Positions 54,514 through 63,625 are shown, counted from the first letter of the stretch. The stretch: DNA of 64,000 bases from an uncultured Planctomycetaceae bacterium (GCA_964642165.1 CAZXOC010000004.1:2200-66199), one strand, 5' to 3'. Notes: generated by a model not told the origin, from the letters alone. Numbers and translations: made by a program.

Positions 54514-57500
54514 CTACTTGTGCACGTTGACCTTCCTGGCCTTGGACTTCGCGGCGATCTTCAGGGCCTCGCGACGGATGGCCTCGAATCCCCCCCCCAG
54601 GCCGCCCATCGTCTTGTCCTCCAACTGAAGCATGTTGATGTGGATGACGAGGTTCTTCATGGCCTCGGCGCTGTCGGCGTAGCCCTCGAAGTGGCACTGG
54701 CAGCGCTCCAACTGGGCCCGCCAGTAGACCTTGGGGAACCGGGACTTGTCGATCCCGTCGGTGTAGCGGCGGTAGTACTCCATCGCCTTGTCGTACTGCC
54801 CCAGCCCGCGGTAGGCCCGCGCCAGCCCGATGACGTTGAGGTGATCCACCGTCACGCGTGTCTTCAGCCGCCGCAGGTGGTTCTCCCATCCGCGCACCAG
54901 CAGGGCCACGGGGCGCGGCAGGTGCCGCCGCTCGTCGGCCTGCGTGCGGGCTCGCTTAAGGACCCGGTACGAGAACTCCAGCGTGCTGACATCCACCGAC
55001 TCGTTGGGGTCCTGTCCCCTGGCGACCAGGTCCGCCCGGAACTGGTCGATGAGCCGCCGGACCTGGTCGCGGTTCTTCGCCTTGGGCTGGATGGCGTCGA
55101 TGATCGGCCGGAACTCCTTCTCCAGCCAGTCCGCCTGGACCTTCCGCCGCGCCTGGTCGACTCCGTAGCTCGCCTCGAAGAGGGCCAACGCATTCTGGTA
55201 CGTCCCCTTGGACTCGATCGTCTGCCGGGCGGCCTTCAGGGCCTCGCCCTTCTGAAGAAGGGCGTCCGCGTACATCTGACGCAGCGCGTAGCGCTCGCCC
55301 ACCACGTCGCGCAGCGCGACCACGGCGTTGATGTAGGCCGCGGCCAGGTTCGGCAGGATCTCCCTTTTCGCGGCCGGATCGCCGGCCCCGGCCGCGTCGC
55401 CCATCACCCGCTCGAGCACCGGGGCGGCCTTGATCTCCTGCATCTTCGCTTCGTGCGTCTCCACCAGCGCGGCGTACTCGCCGGCCAGCGCGCGCAGGGC
55501 GTCGAACTCGCCCCTCTTCTCGAGGTCCTCGGCATCCTTGACCTTCGCGTCGAGCGCGGCGAGGTCCACCGGCAGGGCCTCGGACGCCTGGTACAGGTCC
55601 TCGGCGAAGCTCGCGTAGGCCACCTGGTACCGCTGCAGGTCGCTGCGGTACTGCGCCAGGTCCTGCTGCGTGACGGCCTTCTTGATGCGCTTGCGCAGGC
55701 GGTCGATCCGCACCTTGATCTGCTGGACCACGAGCTGGATGAGCTGTTCGGCCTGCTCGGGATACCTGCCCTTGAAGTCCCGGACCTTCTCGATGGCCTC
55801 GGCGGTCTGGCCGCGCTCGATGAGCTTGCGGATCTCGAACTCATAGGCCGTGCGGCGCACCGCCGTGTCCGGCCACTTCCGGATGACCTCGCGGATGTCC
55901 TGAAGGGCCTCCTTCTCCGTGCGCTCGCGGTCCGGCGGCTTCATGCCCTGGGTGAGCTCTTCGTACTTGATGACGGCGGCCTGGAATTCCGCCTCCGCCG
56001 CCCAGTCCTTCAGGCCCGCGATGTGGTCCTGCCAGAGCTTCTTCTCCTTCTCGGGCAGGGCCCCGATCTGGCGTTGGACCTTGGCGATCTCCTGGGCGGC
56101 GTCGCCGCTGTAGGCCTTCAGGCGCGTGATGAGGGCGCCGGGGGCGGAGTAGACCTTCAGGCTCTCGTTCAGCTCCTTGGCGAGCGCCTCGGTTCGCTCG
56201 GCGAGCTTCTCGGGGGCCGGGAGGTTGCCCCCCCCGGCGGCGGGGGCCGTCGTCGCCAGCGGCCGGCCAATCGCCGCCAGCGCCGCCCGGACGTCCACCT
56301 GCTCGTAGGAGAGGACCTGGGCGGCCAGCCGCTTGACCTCCGCGTTGGCCTTGAGCTTCTGCTCCTCGAACTGCCTGGCCAGGTCGCCGCGGTTGAGCAC
56401 GACGGCCGTCCGCAGCCCCAGCGCCGTGTGCTGCGACTCCATGTACTCCCGCAGCGAGGCCGGCACGCCCTCGTAGGCGGCGATGGCGCGTCCCTGCCAG
56501 TAGAACTTGACGGCCTCGTCCTCGCTCATGTCGGCCATCTTCGCGCAGTGCAGGCCGAGGTCGTAGTTCCACTTGACGGCGTCTTCCTCCTTGGCCCACC
56601 CGGCCAGCAGCGTCCCGATGGCCCGGACGAACTCCAGACGGACGTTGGTTTCGAGGAGCTTGCTCTTCTGGCGGCGTTCGTTGACGACGCCCCAGAGGCT
56701 CAGGACGGCGAACTTGGCGGACCGGAACGCCAGGCGGTGCTGCGGGTACAGGCGGGCCAGCAGGACGAAGTACGTCGCCGCCTCGCTGTTGCGCCGGCGC
56801 TTGTTCATCCGGTGGCCCAGCTCCCACATCGCCCCCGGCCGAATGGCCTGCGCGACCTTCGGGTTCTGCATGTCCTTGTGGACGAGGACGCGGCGGAGGA
56901 GGTCCTCGGCGTCGGCGAGCTCGTTGTCGTCCTTGGAATCGATCTTGCTGTAGGCCCGGGCCAGCAGGACGACGGCGCTGGCCTTGTCGAGGTCCTTCAC
57001 GTTGGCGAACTTCGTCGCGACGATGTCCAGGAACGCCCGCACGAGGTCCGGGCGGTCGGCGTAGCGCTCGATGAACCACAGCAGCGTGTCCTGGGCCTTC
57101 GCGCGGAGGGCCCGGACCTGGCGCCGCAGTTGCTTCTGCTTGGCCGAGCCGGGCTTCTCCTTGAGGGCGAGCGCCTCGAGCTTGTCCGCGCGGAGCCCGT
57201 ACATGTAGTTCCGCAGGAAGACCAGGCGCAGGTCGACCTTCGCCTGCTGCCCCTGCCCGAAGACGAACGCCGCGCCCTGCTCGTACTCCTGGATGGCCTT
57301 GTCGGCCTTCTGGGGGTCGCCCTCCTCGATCCGGTTGCGGGCGCGCTCGAACCACGCCCGGGAGCGCAGATCGACGGACCGGGCCTCGGGCACGGCGGCT
57401 TGGTTGAGGAGCTTCTCCGCCCGGTCGTACTGCTTCGTCAGGCGGTGCGCCACGCCGGTGGCGAACAGGGCCCAGTGCTTCCGGCCCCCCAGGGGGTCGC

Positions 57501-58239
57501 CCGCGAACTTCCGCATCTCGGCGACGATGTCCCGGCAGAGCTGGGTCTTCTCGCCGCCGTCGTTCAGCACGCGCGCGCGGGTGAGGCGGATCCACCCGGC
57601 GTTGTAGACCACCTCGCTCTGGATGTCCTCCAACCGGGGCACATAGAGCATGACCCACTCCATGTTCGACCGCCAGTCGGTGAGCGTGTCGGCGATGTCG
57701 TCCTTGAGGTAGTCCATGATCTCGACCGCTTCCTTGGTGAACGTGCGGATCACCTTGCGGTCCTGGTCGCTCCCCTGGAGGTGGCGCAGGCGCAGGAGAT
57801 GGGGATTGGTCACGCGGTGCAGGCCCATCGCCACGGCCAGCTCCAGCGTGTGGCGGAAGTACTCCAGCGTCTGCGGCGGCGTGAGCTTGGGGTCTTTCTC
57901 GCCGAGCTTGACGGCCTGCCGGAGCAGCGGGATGCCCTCGTCGAGCAGGCCGTTGCGCACCTTCTCGTCGGACATGGCCAGCGCCCGGCCGACGCGAATC
58001 CTGCCGCGCAGGCCCACGGCCTTGGCCGACGCGTCGCCCGGGGGAATCCGCTCTTCCATTGCCGCCAGCAGATCGACCATGCCCAGCCGCGATAACTGCT
58101 TGATGAGCTGATCGTCCCGGAGCCGCCGATAGGGGCTGGGGACGTTCTCCTGGGCGACGGCCGAAAGGGAGGCGGCCAGCGCCATAGCGCACGCCGCCGC
58201 CCATGTCCGCCTCAACAGGCCGGTCTGCGTCCTGTTCAT
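54514..58239 (-). CDS. 1241-aa secreted all-helical (TPR-like) repeat protein
   Basis: ORF 54514..58302, trimmed to MNRTQTGLLRRTWAAACAMALAASLSAVAQ. Helical-repeat composition throughout. C-terminal TPR-like IGLARAYRGLGQYDKAMEYYRRY. Confidence 0.8.
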   Translation of the reverse strand: MNRTQTGLLRRTWAAACAMALAASLSAVAQENVPSPYRRLRDDQLIKQLSRLGMVDLLAAMEERIPPGDASAKAVGLRGRIRVGRALAMSDEKVRNGLLDEGIPLLRQAVKLGEKDPKLTPPQTLEYFRHTLELAVAMGLHRVTNPHLLRLRHLQGSDQDRKVIRTFTKEAVEIMDYLKDDIADTLTDWRSNMEWVMLYVPRLEDIQSEVVYNAGWIRLTRARVLNDGGEKTQLCRDIVAEMRKFAGDPLGGRKHWALFATGVAHRLTKQYDRAEKLLNQAAVPEARSVDLRSRAWFERARNRIEEGDPQKADKAIQEYEQGAAFVFGQGQQAKVDLRLVFLRNYMYGLRADKLEALALKEKPGSAKQKQLRRQVRALRAKAQDTLLWFIERYADRPDLVRAFLDIVATKFANVKDLDKASAVVLLARAYSKIDSKDDNELADAEDLLRRVLVHKDMQNPKVAQAIRPGAMWELGHRMNKRRRNSEAATYFVLLARLYPQHRLAFRSAKFAVLSLWGVVNERRQKSKLLETNVRLEFVRAIGTLLAGWAKEEDAVKWNYDLGLHCAKMADMSEDEAVKFYWQGRAIAAYEGVPASLREYMESQHTALGLRTAVVLNRGDLARQFEEQKLKANAEVKRLAAQVLSYEQVDVRAALAAIGRPLATTAPAAGGGNLPAPEKLAERTEALAKELNESLKVYSAPGALITRLKAYSGDAAQEIAKVQRQIGALPEKEKKLWQDHIAGLKDWAAEAEFQAAVIKYEELTQGMKPPDRERTEKEALQDIREVIRKWPDTAVRRTAYEFEIRKLIERGQTAEAIEKVRDFKGRYPEQAEQLIQLVVQQIKVRIDRLRKRIKKAVTQQDLAQYRSDLQRYQVAYASFAEDLYQASEALPVDLAALDAKVKDAEDLEKRGEFDALRALAGEYAALVETHEAKMQEIKAAPVLERVMGDAAGAGDPAAKREILPNLAAAYINAVVALRDVVGERYALRQMYADALLQKGEALKAARQTIESKGTYQNALALFEASYGVDQARRKVQADWLEKEFRPIIDAIQPKAKNRDQVRRLIDQFRADLVARGQDPNESVDVSTLEFSYRVLKRARTQADERRHLPRPVALLVRGWENHLRRLKTRVTVDHLNVIGLARAYRGLGQYDKAMEYYRRYTDGIDKSRFPKVYWRAQLERCQCHFEGYADSAEAMKNLVIHINMLQLEDKTMGGLGGGFEAIRREALKIAAKSKARKVNVHK

Positions 58240-58314
58240 GTCTCTCTCACACCTCTTTCGTGCATCGCCGCCGCCCGGCCGTGTCCCACCCGGATCCGGC
58301 ATCGCCGCAGCTCC

Positions 58315-58833
58315 CTAGGGCGACGACAGCATCGCCAGGTCGTCCCGGGCGAAGGCAATCTTCGTGAACTCCGCGCGGACGGCCTGGTTGAAGGCCTCCA
58401 CGACGAACTCCCACGGCACGGTCGGCTCGGGATGGATCAGCAGGGGCACGTCCCGGCTTCCGATCGCCTCCTGCCGCTGCCGGAGGCGGGTGTACAGCTC
58501 CCGCGGGCCGGCGATCGTCTCCGCCGTGCCGCTCAGCCGGTAGTAGACCATGCCTTCCTGCCCGGACCGATGGAGCGTCACCTCGATGGGGCTGAGGAGC
58601 TTCTCGGCGGCGCGGCCGGGGCCGATGTGCGGCAGGCTCCCGGGGATCACCCCCTCGGTCTCGCGGAACTCGCACGTCAACAGGAAGAACAGCAGCAACT
58701 GAAACGTCACGTCGATCATGGGCGTCAGCGGCGGCTGCATCCGCTGCCGGCGGCGGGAACGCTCTTCGGCGCGCGGGTCGATCGGGCTGGCCTTCTCCAC
58801 CTGGGGGTTCCTCGTCCGCGAGGCCATGGGCAT
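58315..58833 (-). CDS. ExbD/TolR-family protein (paralog 1)
   Basis: ORF 58315..58983, trimmed to MPMASRTRN. TM with the conserved Asp: LTPMIDVTFQLLLFFLL. Confidence 0.85.
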   Translation of the reverse strand: MPMASRTRNPQVEKASPIDPRAEERSRRRQRMQPPLTPMIDVTFQLLLFFLLTCEFRETEGVIPGSLPHIGPGRAAEKLLSPIEVTLHRSGQEGMVYYRLSGTAETIAGPRELYTRLRQRQEAIGSRDVPLLIHPEPTVPWEFVVEAFNQAVRAEFTKIAFARDDLAMLSSP

Positions 58834-59022
58834 GCTCCTCGAAACGACAGCCAGGGGCCCGATGCCAGGAGCCACCGAAGCGCCCGGGCCGGTCCCTTCT
58901 CGCCGCCTGCGCCGCGGAGCGGGGCTCGGCAGGTGCTGTCTGCTCGTACCTGGCTGCGGGCCCCTGGCTGGACGCCGCTGCAATGCCTGCGGCCATGGCC
59001 GCCTCGACGCGCCGCGGCCGCG

Positions 59023-59526
59023 TCACAGTATCTGCTGCGCGAAGCCGATCTTCAGGAACCTCGCGCGAACCGCCTGGTTGAAGGCCTCGACGACGAACTC
59101 CCACGGGACGTCTTCGGCCGGCAGGATCACGATGGGCACCTCGTCGCTGCCGAGCTGCTCCTGTCGCTGCTTGAGATACCCGAACAACTCCGCCGGGCTG
59201 TTGATCACCACGGGCACGCCGGTCATCTCGTAATGGGCCGCGGCGCGGTCGGCCGAGGGGCGCAGCCGGATCTGGATCGGGTCCGGCGGCGGGGTCTGCT
59301 GCTGCTGAAGGACGATGTTTCCCTTGGCCGGCAGCGTACCGGGGATGTTGCCCTCCGACTCGCGGAACTCGCACGTCAGCAGGAAGAACAGCAGCAACTG
59401 AAACGTCACGTCGATCATGGGCGTCAGCGGCGGCTGCATCTTCACGTGCCCCTTCGCGCGCTTCTTGCGCGGCGGGGTGTAGTGGACCGTCTGCTCGCCC
59501 TGAACGGATTTTGCGGATACCGCCAT
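59023..59526 (-). CDS. ExbD/TolR-family protein (paralog 2)
   Basis: 167 aa. KMQPPLTPMIDVTFQLLLFFLLTCEFRESEG. C-terminal VPWEFVVEAFNQAVRARF is shared with paralog 1. Confidence 0.85.
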   Translation of the reverse strand: MAVSAKSVQGEQTVHYTPPRKKRAKGHVKMQPPLTPMIDVTFQLLLFFLLTCEFRESEGNIPGTLPAKGNIVLQQQQTPPPDPIQIRLRPSADRAAAHYEMTGVPVVINSPAELFGYLKQRQEQLGSDEVPIVILPAEDVPWEFVVEAFNQAVRARFLKIGFAQQIL

Positions 59527-59538
59527 GGTGCCCTCTGG

Positions 59539-60066
59539 CTAGTCCTGCTGGGTCAGCGCCGTGATGTTCATCTTCCGCACGCCGGCGGCGACGCCCGCCC
59601 GGATCACCGGGGCCACGTCGTGCCAGTTGACGCGCTTGTCGGCGCGGACCTCGATGACGAACTCCTTGCCCGTCCGCCCGCCGATGGCCCCGGCGGCCTC
59701 GGCCAGGACCTTCTCGTTCTTGACCAGCTCGATGATCGGGTCAATGTCGCCCACGTCGTACTTCTCGCCGTCGATCTCGTACCAGCCGGCATTGGCCGCC
59801 TCCAACGGGTCCTCCGCCTCGCCGCGCGGATCCGCCGAAACCACGTTGATCGTCAGCTTGTTCGGCTCGTTGTAGTCCTTGAGGGGGACGGACTGGCTCT
59901 CATCCGGGCGGGGGATCTTCACGTTCTTGGCGTACGCCTTGTTGGCGATCTGGCTGGCGAGGATGAAGAAGATGATCAACTGGAACGTGCAGTCGATCAT
60001 GGGCGTCATGTTGAAGCTGACCTCGCCCGCGTGGGCGCCCTTGCGGAAGACGAACACTTTCGCCAT
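59539..60066 (-). CDS. ExbD/TolR-family protein (paralog 3, divergent)
   Basis: 175 aa. NMTPMIDCTFQLIIFFIL, with a periplasmic domain ending IEVRADKRVNWHDVAPVIRA. Confidence 0.85.
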   Translation of the reverse strand: MAKVFVFRKGAHAGEVSFNMTPMIDCTFQLIIFFILASQIANKAYAKNVKIPRPDESQSVPLKDYNEPNKLTINVVSADPRGEAEDPLEAANAGWYEIDGEKYDVGDIDPIIELVKNEKVLAEAAGAIGGRTGKEFVIEVRADKRVNWHDVAPVIRAGVAAGVRKMNITALTQQD

Positions 60067-60111
60067 GACTCGTACTCCTTGCCTGCGCCGGGCGGCGGCG
60101 GGTGAGGCGGC

Positions 60112-60744
60112 TCACTCGCTGCCCTTGGGGGCCGGGCGGAACGTCGTGATCAGCTCCTCCGAGGCCATCATCGCCTCGGCGGACAGCGCGTCGATGCGGT
60201 TGCGCATGACGGCGAAGACCGCCAGCGAGGGGATGGCGATCGCCAGCCCCAGCAGCGTCGTGACCAGGGCGATGCCGATGGAGTAGGCCAGCTTGTCCGG
60301 CGAGGGGATGCCCCTGGCCTTCACGATTTCCATGAAGGCGTTGATCATGCCCCAGACCGTGCCCAGCAGGCCCAGCATCGGGCTGACGTTGCCGATGAGG
60401 TTGAGCCACTCGATCCGCCGCAGCAGGTGGGTGGTCTTCTCTTCGGCGGCCTCCTCCATGGCCCGTTCCATGGCGACATATCCGTGGGCCGCCTCCGTCA
60501 GCGCCGCGTGGACCACGTGGCTCAGCATGCTGGGCTCGGTGGCCGTCACCTCGATGGCCTCGCGGTACTGCTTGTTCTCGAAGAGGCCCTGGATCTGCTG
60601 GCGGACGAGGTCCGGCATGACGCTGCCGCGGCGGATCGTGATGAAGTACTGGATGATGATGGCGAGCGTGACGATGCTCAGCCCCCAGAGGATCAACCCG
60701 ATGTACCCGCCGCCGGGCCAGACCAGCGTCTTGAAGTAGTCCAT
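60112..60744 (-). CDS. MotA/TolQ/ExbB-family proton channel
   Basis: ORF 60112..60795, start taken at MDYFKTLV. Three TMs, signature SPMLGLLGTVWGMINAF and LAIAIPSLAVFAVMRNR. Confidence 0.88.
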   Translation of the reverse strand: MDYFKTLVWPGGGYIGLILWGLSIVTLAIIIQYFITIRRGSVMPDLVRQQIQGLFENKQYREAIEVTATEPSMLSHVVHAALTEAAHGYVAMERAMEEAAEEKTTHLLRRIEWLNLIGNVSPMLGLLGTVWGMINAFMEIVKARGIPSPDKLAYSIGIALVTTLLGLAIAIPSLAVFAVMRNRIDALSAEAMMASEELITTFRPAPKGSE

Positions 60745-60900
60745 ACCCTCCTCGGGTCTCACCTGTGCCAGAAACGCCCATGGAAAACTCACCATACTCT
60801 CGATCTCCTCTGCTATGCAGCGACCTTGGGTCGCGCCGTTCGGTGCCTGCCGGTATCCGCCGCGCCCGGACGGGCCCCGGCGGGATGGTTCTTGCGATGC

Positions 60901-61974
60901 TCAGCTTCCGCCGCCCAGGGCGGCCCGGGCCTTCCGGGCCCATTCGGGGTAGCGGATCCGCATCTCCGCCGCGATCAGCCGGTACGCGTTGGCGGCGGCC
61001 ACCCGGTTGCCCAGGTGCTCGCACACCTTCGCCGCCAGGAACGTCGCCTCCGGCACCTCCGGGTAGGACGGGTCCACGCACGCCGAGACCCGCATGAAGG
61101 TCAGCCCCGCGTCGACGAGCGTCTGGCGTTTCCGACTGACGCCCTTCTCGTAGGCCAGCAGCAGCGCCTTGCCGCGAAGCAGCAGCGCCGCCGGCAGCTC
61201 GCGGTCGTCGTAGGTGTCGAGGCGCGCCCGGATCGCCTCGGCGGCTTCGACGTACCGGCCGGCCTTGACCTGGTCCGCCAGGCCCCGCAGCTTGGCGCTG
61301 AGCCCCCCCCCGTTGGTGACGGTCATCGTCGTCGGGGCGACGGGCTCGGTGCTGCCGCCGGTGGCGGGCTTGCCGCCGGTGAGCATCGCCGCCTTGTCGT
61401 CCAGCCCCTCGAGCTTGTACAGCCGCCCCAGCAGGCCCTTGATCCGCCCCTGGAAGTCGCCCTTGGCGCGGTCGAGGCGCGGCTCCAGCAGCCTGATGGC
61501 CTTGGCGTTCTCCGCCGAGCCGCGCTGCCCCAACCGGGACGGGCCCAACGCCAGCGACGCGAGGGAGACGCCCTCGTCGTCCACGATGGCGAGCCAGTCC
61601 TGGACGGCCCGCCCGATGAGCCCCGCGCCGTCCAGCGCCCGCAGCCGGCGGTAGAGGATCAACCGCTTGTGCCACTGCTGGAGGGTGGAGCTCTGGGCGG
61701 CCTTGTCGTAGGCGGCGACGGCCTGGGCGGCCTTGCCGGACTCCATCAGCTTCTCCGCGGCGTTGAAGTTCTTCTGCCCGCCGAGGTCGATGGCGTTGAC
61801 GTCGGCGAGAGGCTTCTGAAACTCGCGCCCGCGAAGCTGGTAGACGATGCGGCCGCTGCTCACCCCCACCAGCCGGACACCCGTGTACGGGATGCTCTTG
61901 ATCGTGATCTGGTCGGCGCGGGCGGCCCCGAAGGCAATCGCCACCATCGCCGCAAGCCTTGTTGTCTGCCGCAT
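60901..61974 (-). CDS. secreted protein: small N-terminal beta domain + helical (TPR-like) region
   Basis: 357 aa with a signal peptide MRQTTRLAAMVAIAFGAARA. ITIKSIPYTGVRLVGVSSGRIVYQL.. parallels the N-terminus of 53047..54240. Confidence 0.7.
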   Translation of the reverse strand: MRQTTRLAAMVAIAFGAARADQITIKSIPYTGVRLVGVSSGRIVYQLRGREFQKPLADVNAIDLGGQKNFNAAEKLMESGKAAQAVAAYDKAAQSSTLQQWHKRLILYRRLRALDGAGLIGRAVQDWLAIVDDEGVSLASLALGPSRLGQRGSAENAKAIRLLEPRLDRAKGDFQGRIKGLLGRLYKLEGLDDKAAMLTGGKPATGGSTEPVAPTTMTVTNGGGLSAKLRGLADQVKAGRYVEAAEAIRARLDTYDDRELPAALLLRGKALLLAYEKGVSRKRQTLVDAGLTFMRVSACVDPSYPEVPEATFLAAKVCEHLGNRVAAANAYRLIAAEMRIRYPEWARKARAALGGGS

Positions 61975-61993
61975 GGCGTCTCCGGAAGCCGGC

Positions 61994-63187
61994 TCACTCG
62001 TCGGTGCTGATCTGGCTGAACCCCCCGCCGTTCTCGTGGGCGATGGTCTTCATGACCTTAATCGCCGCGTCCTGCCGGCCGAGGTACAGGAAGGTGTTGA
62101 TGTACACCATCTCCTTGGGGTCTTTCTTGTTGGTGTCGCGAAGCCACTGGACGACGGCCTCGTTGCCGTTGAGCGTCCGCCCGTCGTTCGTGACGTACGT
62201 GCTGCCGCCGGTGACGCCGGCGAAGTCGCCGTCGCTGAGCAGGTAGACGAGCTTGCCGGGGCGGCTGCGGTCGGCGTACTTCAGCACGGCAAAGGCCCGT
62301 TTCAGCGCCGGCAGGACGGTCGTCTGCCCCGAGGCGGTGACCTTCTTGAGGAAGCGGTTGGCGGCGAGCTTGTTGCTGAAGTCCGCCGACACCAGGCGCT
62401 TCTGGGGGCCCTCGAGGTACTTGTTGTTGCTGAACAGGATGACGCTGAAGTCCTGGATGGGCTTGAGGCGGCTGATGGACTTGAGCATCTCGATGCGGAC
62501 CTCGTCGAAGGTCGGCGCCATCGAGCCGCTCCGGTCCACGACGTAGATGATGTGGTAGGCGTTCCCGCCGGAGCCGAAGAAGCGGCTCCGCGGGCCGCCT
62601 CGCGTGTCGCTGTTGGTCAGGCCGAGCTCCGCCGCCCCGCCCTTCGCGCCGTCCGCCGAGGGGGCCAGCAGCTCGATGGTCTGCTCCGTCTTGCCCTTGT
62701 CGATGCGGTCCTCGCGCTTGGTGTAGCGCCGGACCACGGTGCGGCGGTCGTTGTGGCTGCGGGACAGCGTGCGGGTCTTCGGGTTCATCACCCCGCCGGG
62801 GTTGCGCGGGTTCAGCACGGCGTCGGGGATGATCACGCTGTCGGGCTTCTTCTTGTCCGCGACGACCATCACGAAGAACAGCATGATCAGGAACAACCCC
62901 AGGTGCAGGAAGACGCTGATCACCCAGGGCATGATCATGGCCATGGCGCCCATGACCGCCTCGCCCTCGATGGGCTCTTCCTCTTCGGCGTCCTCGCCGG
63001 CTTGCGACTGAGCCTGCGGGGGAGGAGGGGGCGTCGCGTTGGGGGGGATCTGCGGCCTCGGCAGGGAGGCGAGGCCCTCGGGTACCGTGACCTTCTTCCG
63101 GCAGTGCGGGCAGCGGGCGGTGCTGCCGGGTTGGGCATCGATGCTCAACAGCTTGCCGCAGTTCTCACAACGGAAATCAACGGCCAT
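61994..63187 (-). CDS. zinc-ribbon / Pro-acidic linker / TM / von Willebrand factor A domain protein
   Basis: 397 aa. CENCGK..CPHCRK zinc ribbon, PPNATPPPPPQAQSQAGEDAEEEE, TM AMIMPWVISVFLHLGLFLIMLFFVMVV, MIDAS YVVDRSGSM..SGQTT..LLSDGD. Strong GAGGAGG RBS. Confidence 0.85.
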   Translation of the reverse strand: MAVDFRCENCGKLLSIDAQPGSTARCPHCRKKVTVPEGLASLPRPQIPPNATPPPPPQAQSQAGEDAEEEEPIEGEAVMGAMAMIMPWVISVFLHLGLFLIMLFFVMVVADKKKPDSVIIPDAVLNPRNPGGVMNPKTRTLSRSHNDRRTVVRRYTKREDRIDKGKTEQTIELLAPSADGAKGGAAELGLTNSDTRGGPRSRFFGSGGNAYHIIYVVDRSGSMAPTFDEVRIEMLKSISRLKPIQDFSVILFSNNKYLEGPQKRLVSADFSNKLAANRFLKKVTASGQTTVLPALKRAFAVLKYADRSRPGKLVYLLSDGDFAGVTGGSTYVTNDGRTLNGNEAVVQWLRDTNKKDPKEMVYINTFLYLGRQDAAIKVMKTIAHENGGGFSQISTDE

Positions 63188-63273
63188 CTCTGCACCTCCT
63201 CAGGGGTACCGGCCCGTCCGGCTGGACTCATCCGCGGCCGAACACGAGACTCCCACTGGACGGAAGACACGCA

Positions 63274-63302
63274 TTTCTACCATCTTGAAAGCTATCCCGC
63301 AA
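63274..63302 (-). promoter_or_regulatory. sigma70-like promoter candidate TTGCGG-N17-TAGAAA for the VWA/ExbBD operon
   Basis: The reverse complement reads TTGCGG GATAGCTTTCAAGATGG TAGAAA, about 85 nt upstream of ATG 63187. Same hexamers as in the 14.5/20.4-kb repeat. Confidence 0.3.
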
Positions 63303-63451
63303 TCGGTCGCGCCAGCTTTTCGGCGCGATCGAAGCGAGGGCCAAGCTTGGGAACGGGACCCATCGGCACGGGTCGCGCGGCTCGTCTGCGCGGTGCCGGC
63401 GCCTGTCCCGTGCGGCTGGACCGCGTCCAACTGGCATGGCGGGCCAGGGCG

Positions 63452-63625
63452 TTACTTATCCGCCCGACGTGGGCCCGCTTGGGCGGGCCCAAAGAGGAGC
63501 CCGCCCGGAGAGAACGTCGATGCGACAACTTCATCACATAGCTGACGCACTGCGTCGAAACACTGCGTCATGATGTGCTCTCGGATCTCTTGCCGCATTG
63601 CCTCAAGGCTTCGCTGCAAGTTCAT
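63452..63625 (-). CDS. possible 57-aa protein, function unknown
   Basis: ORF 63452..63652, from MNLQRSLEAMRQEIREHIMTQCFDAVRQLCDEVV. Non-shadow composition and lower GC, but no clear RBS. Confidence 0.3.
   Translation of the reverse strand: MNLQRSLEAMRQEIREHIMTQCFDAVRQLCDEVVASTFSPGGLLFGPAQAGPRRADK

Noticed and set aside
52843-58204. 1750-aa + ORF 52843..58095 and 787-aa - ORF 55841..58204
   Set aside because: Antisense or out of frame relative to the 1241-aa helical-repeat gene. Composition is typical of high-GC shadow ORFs.
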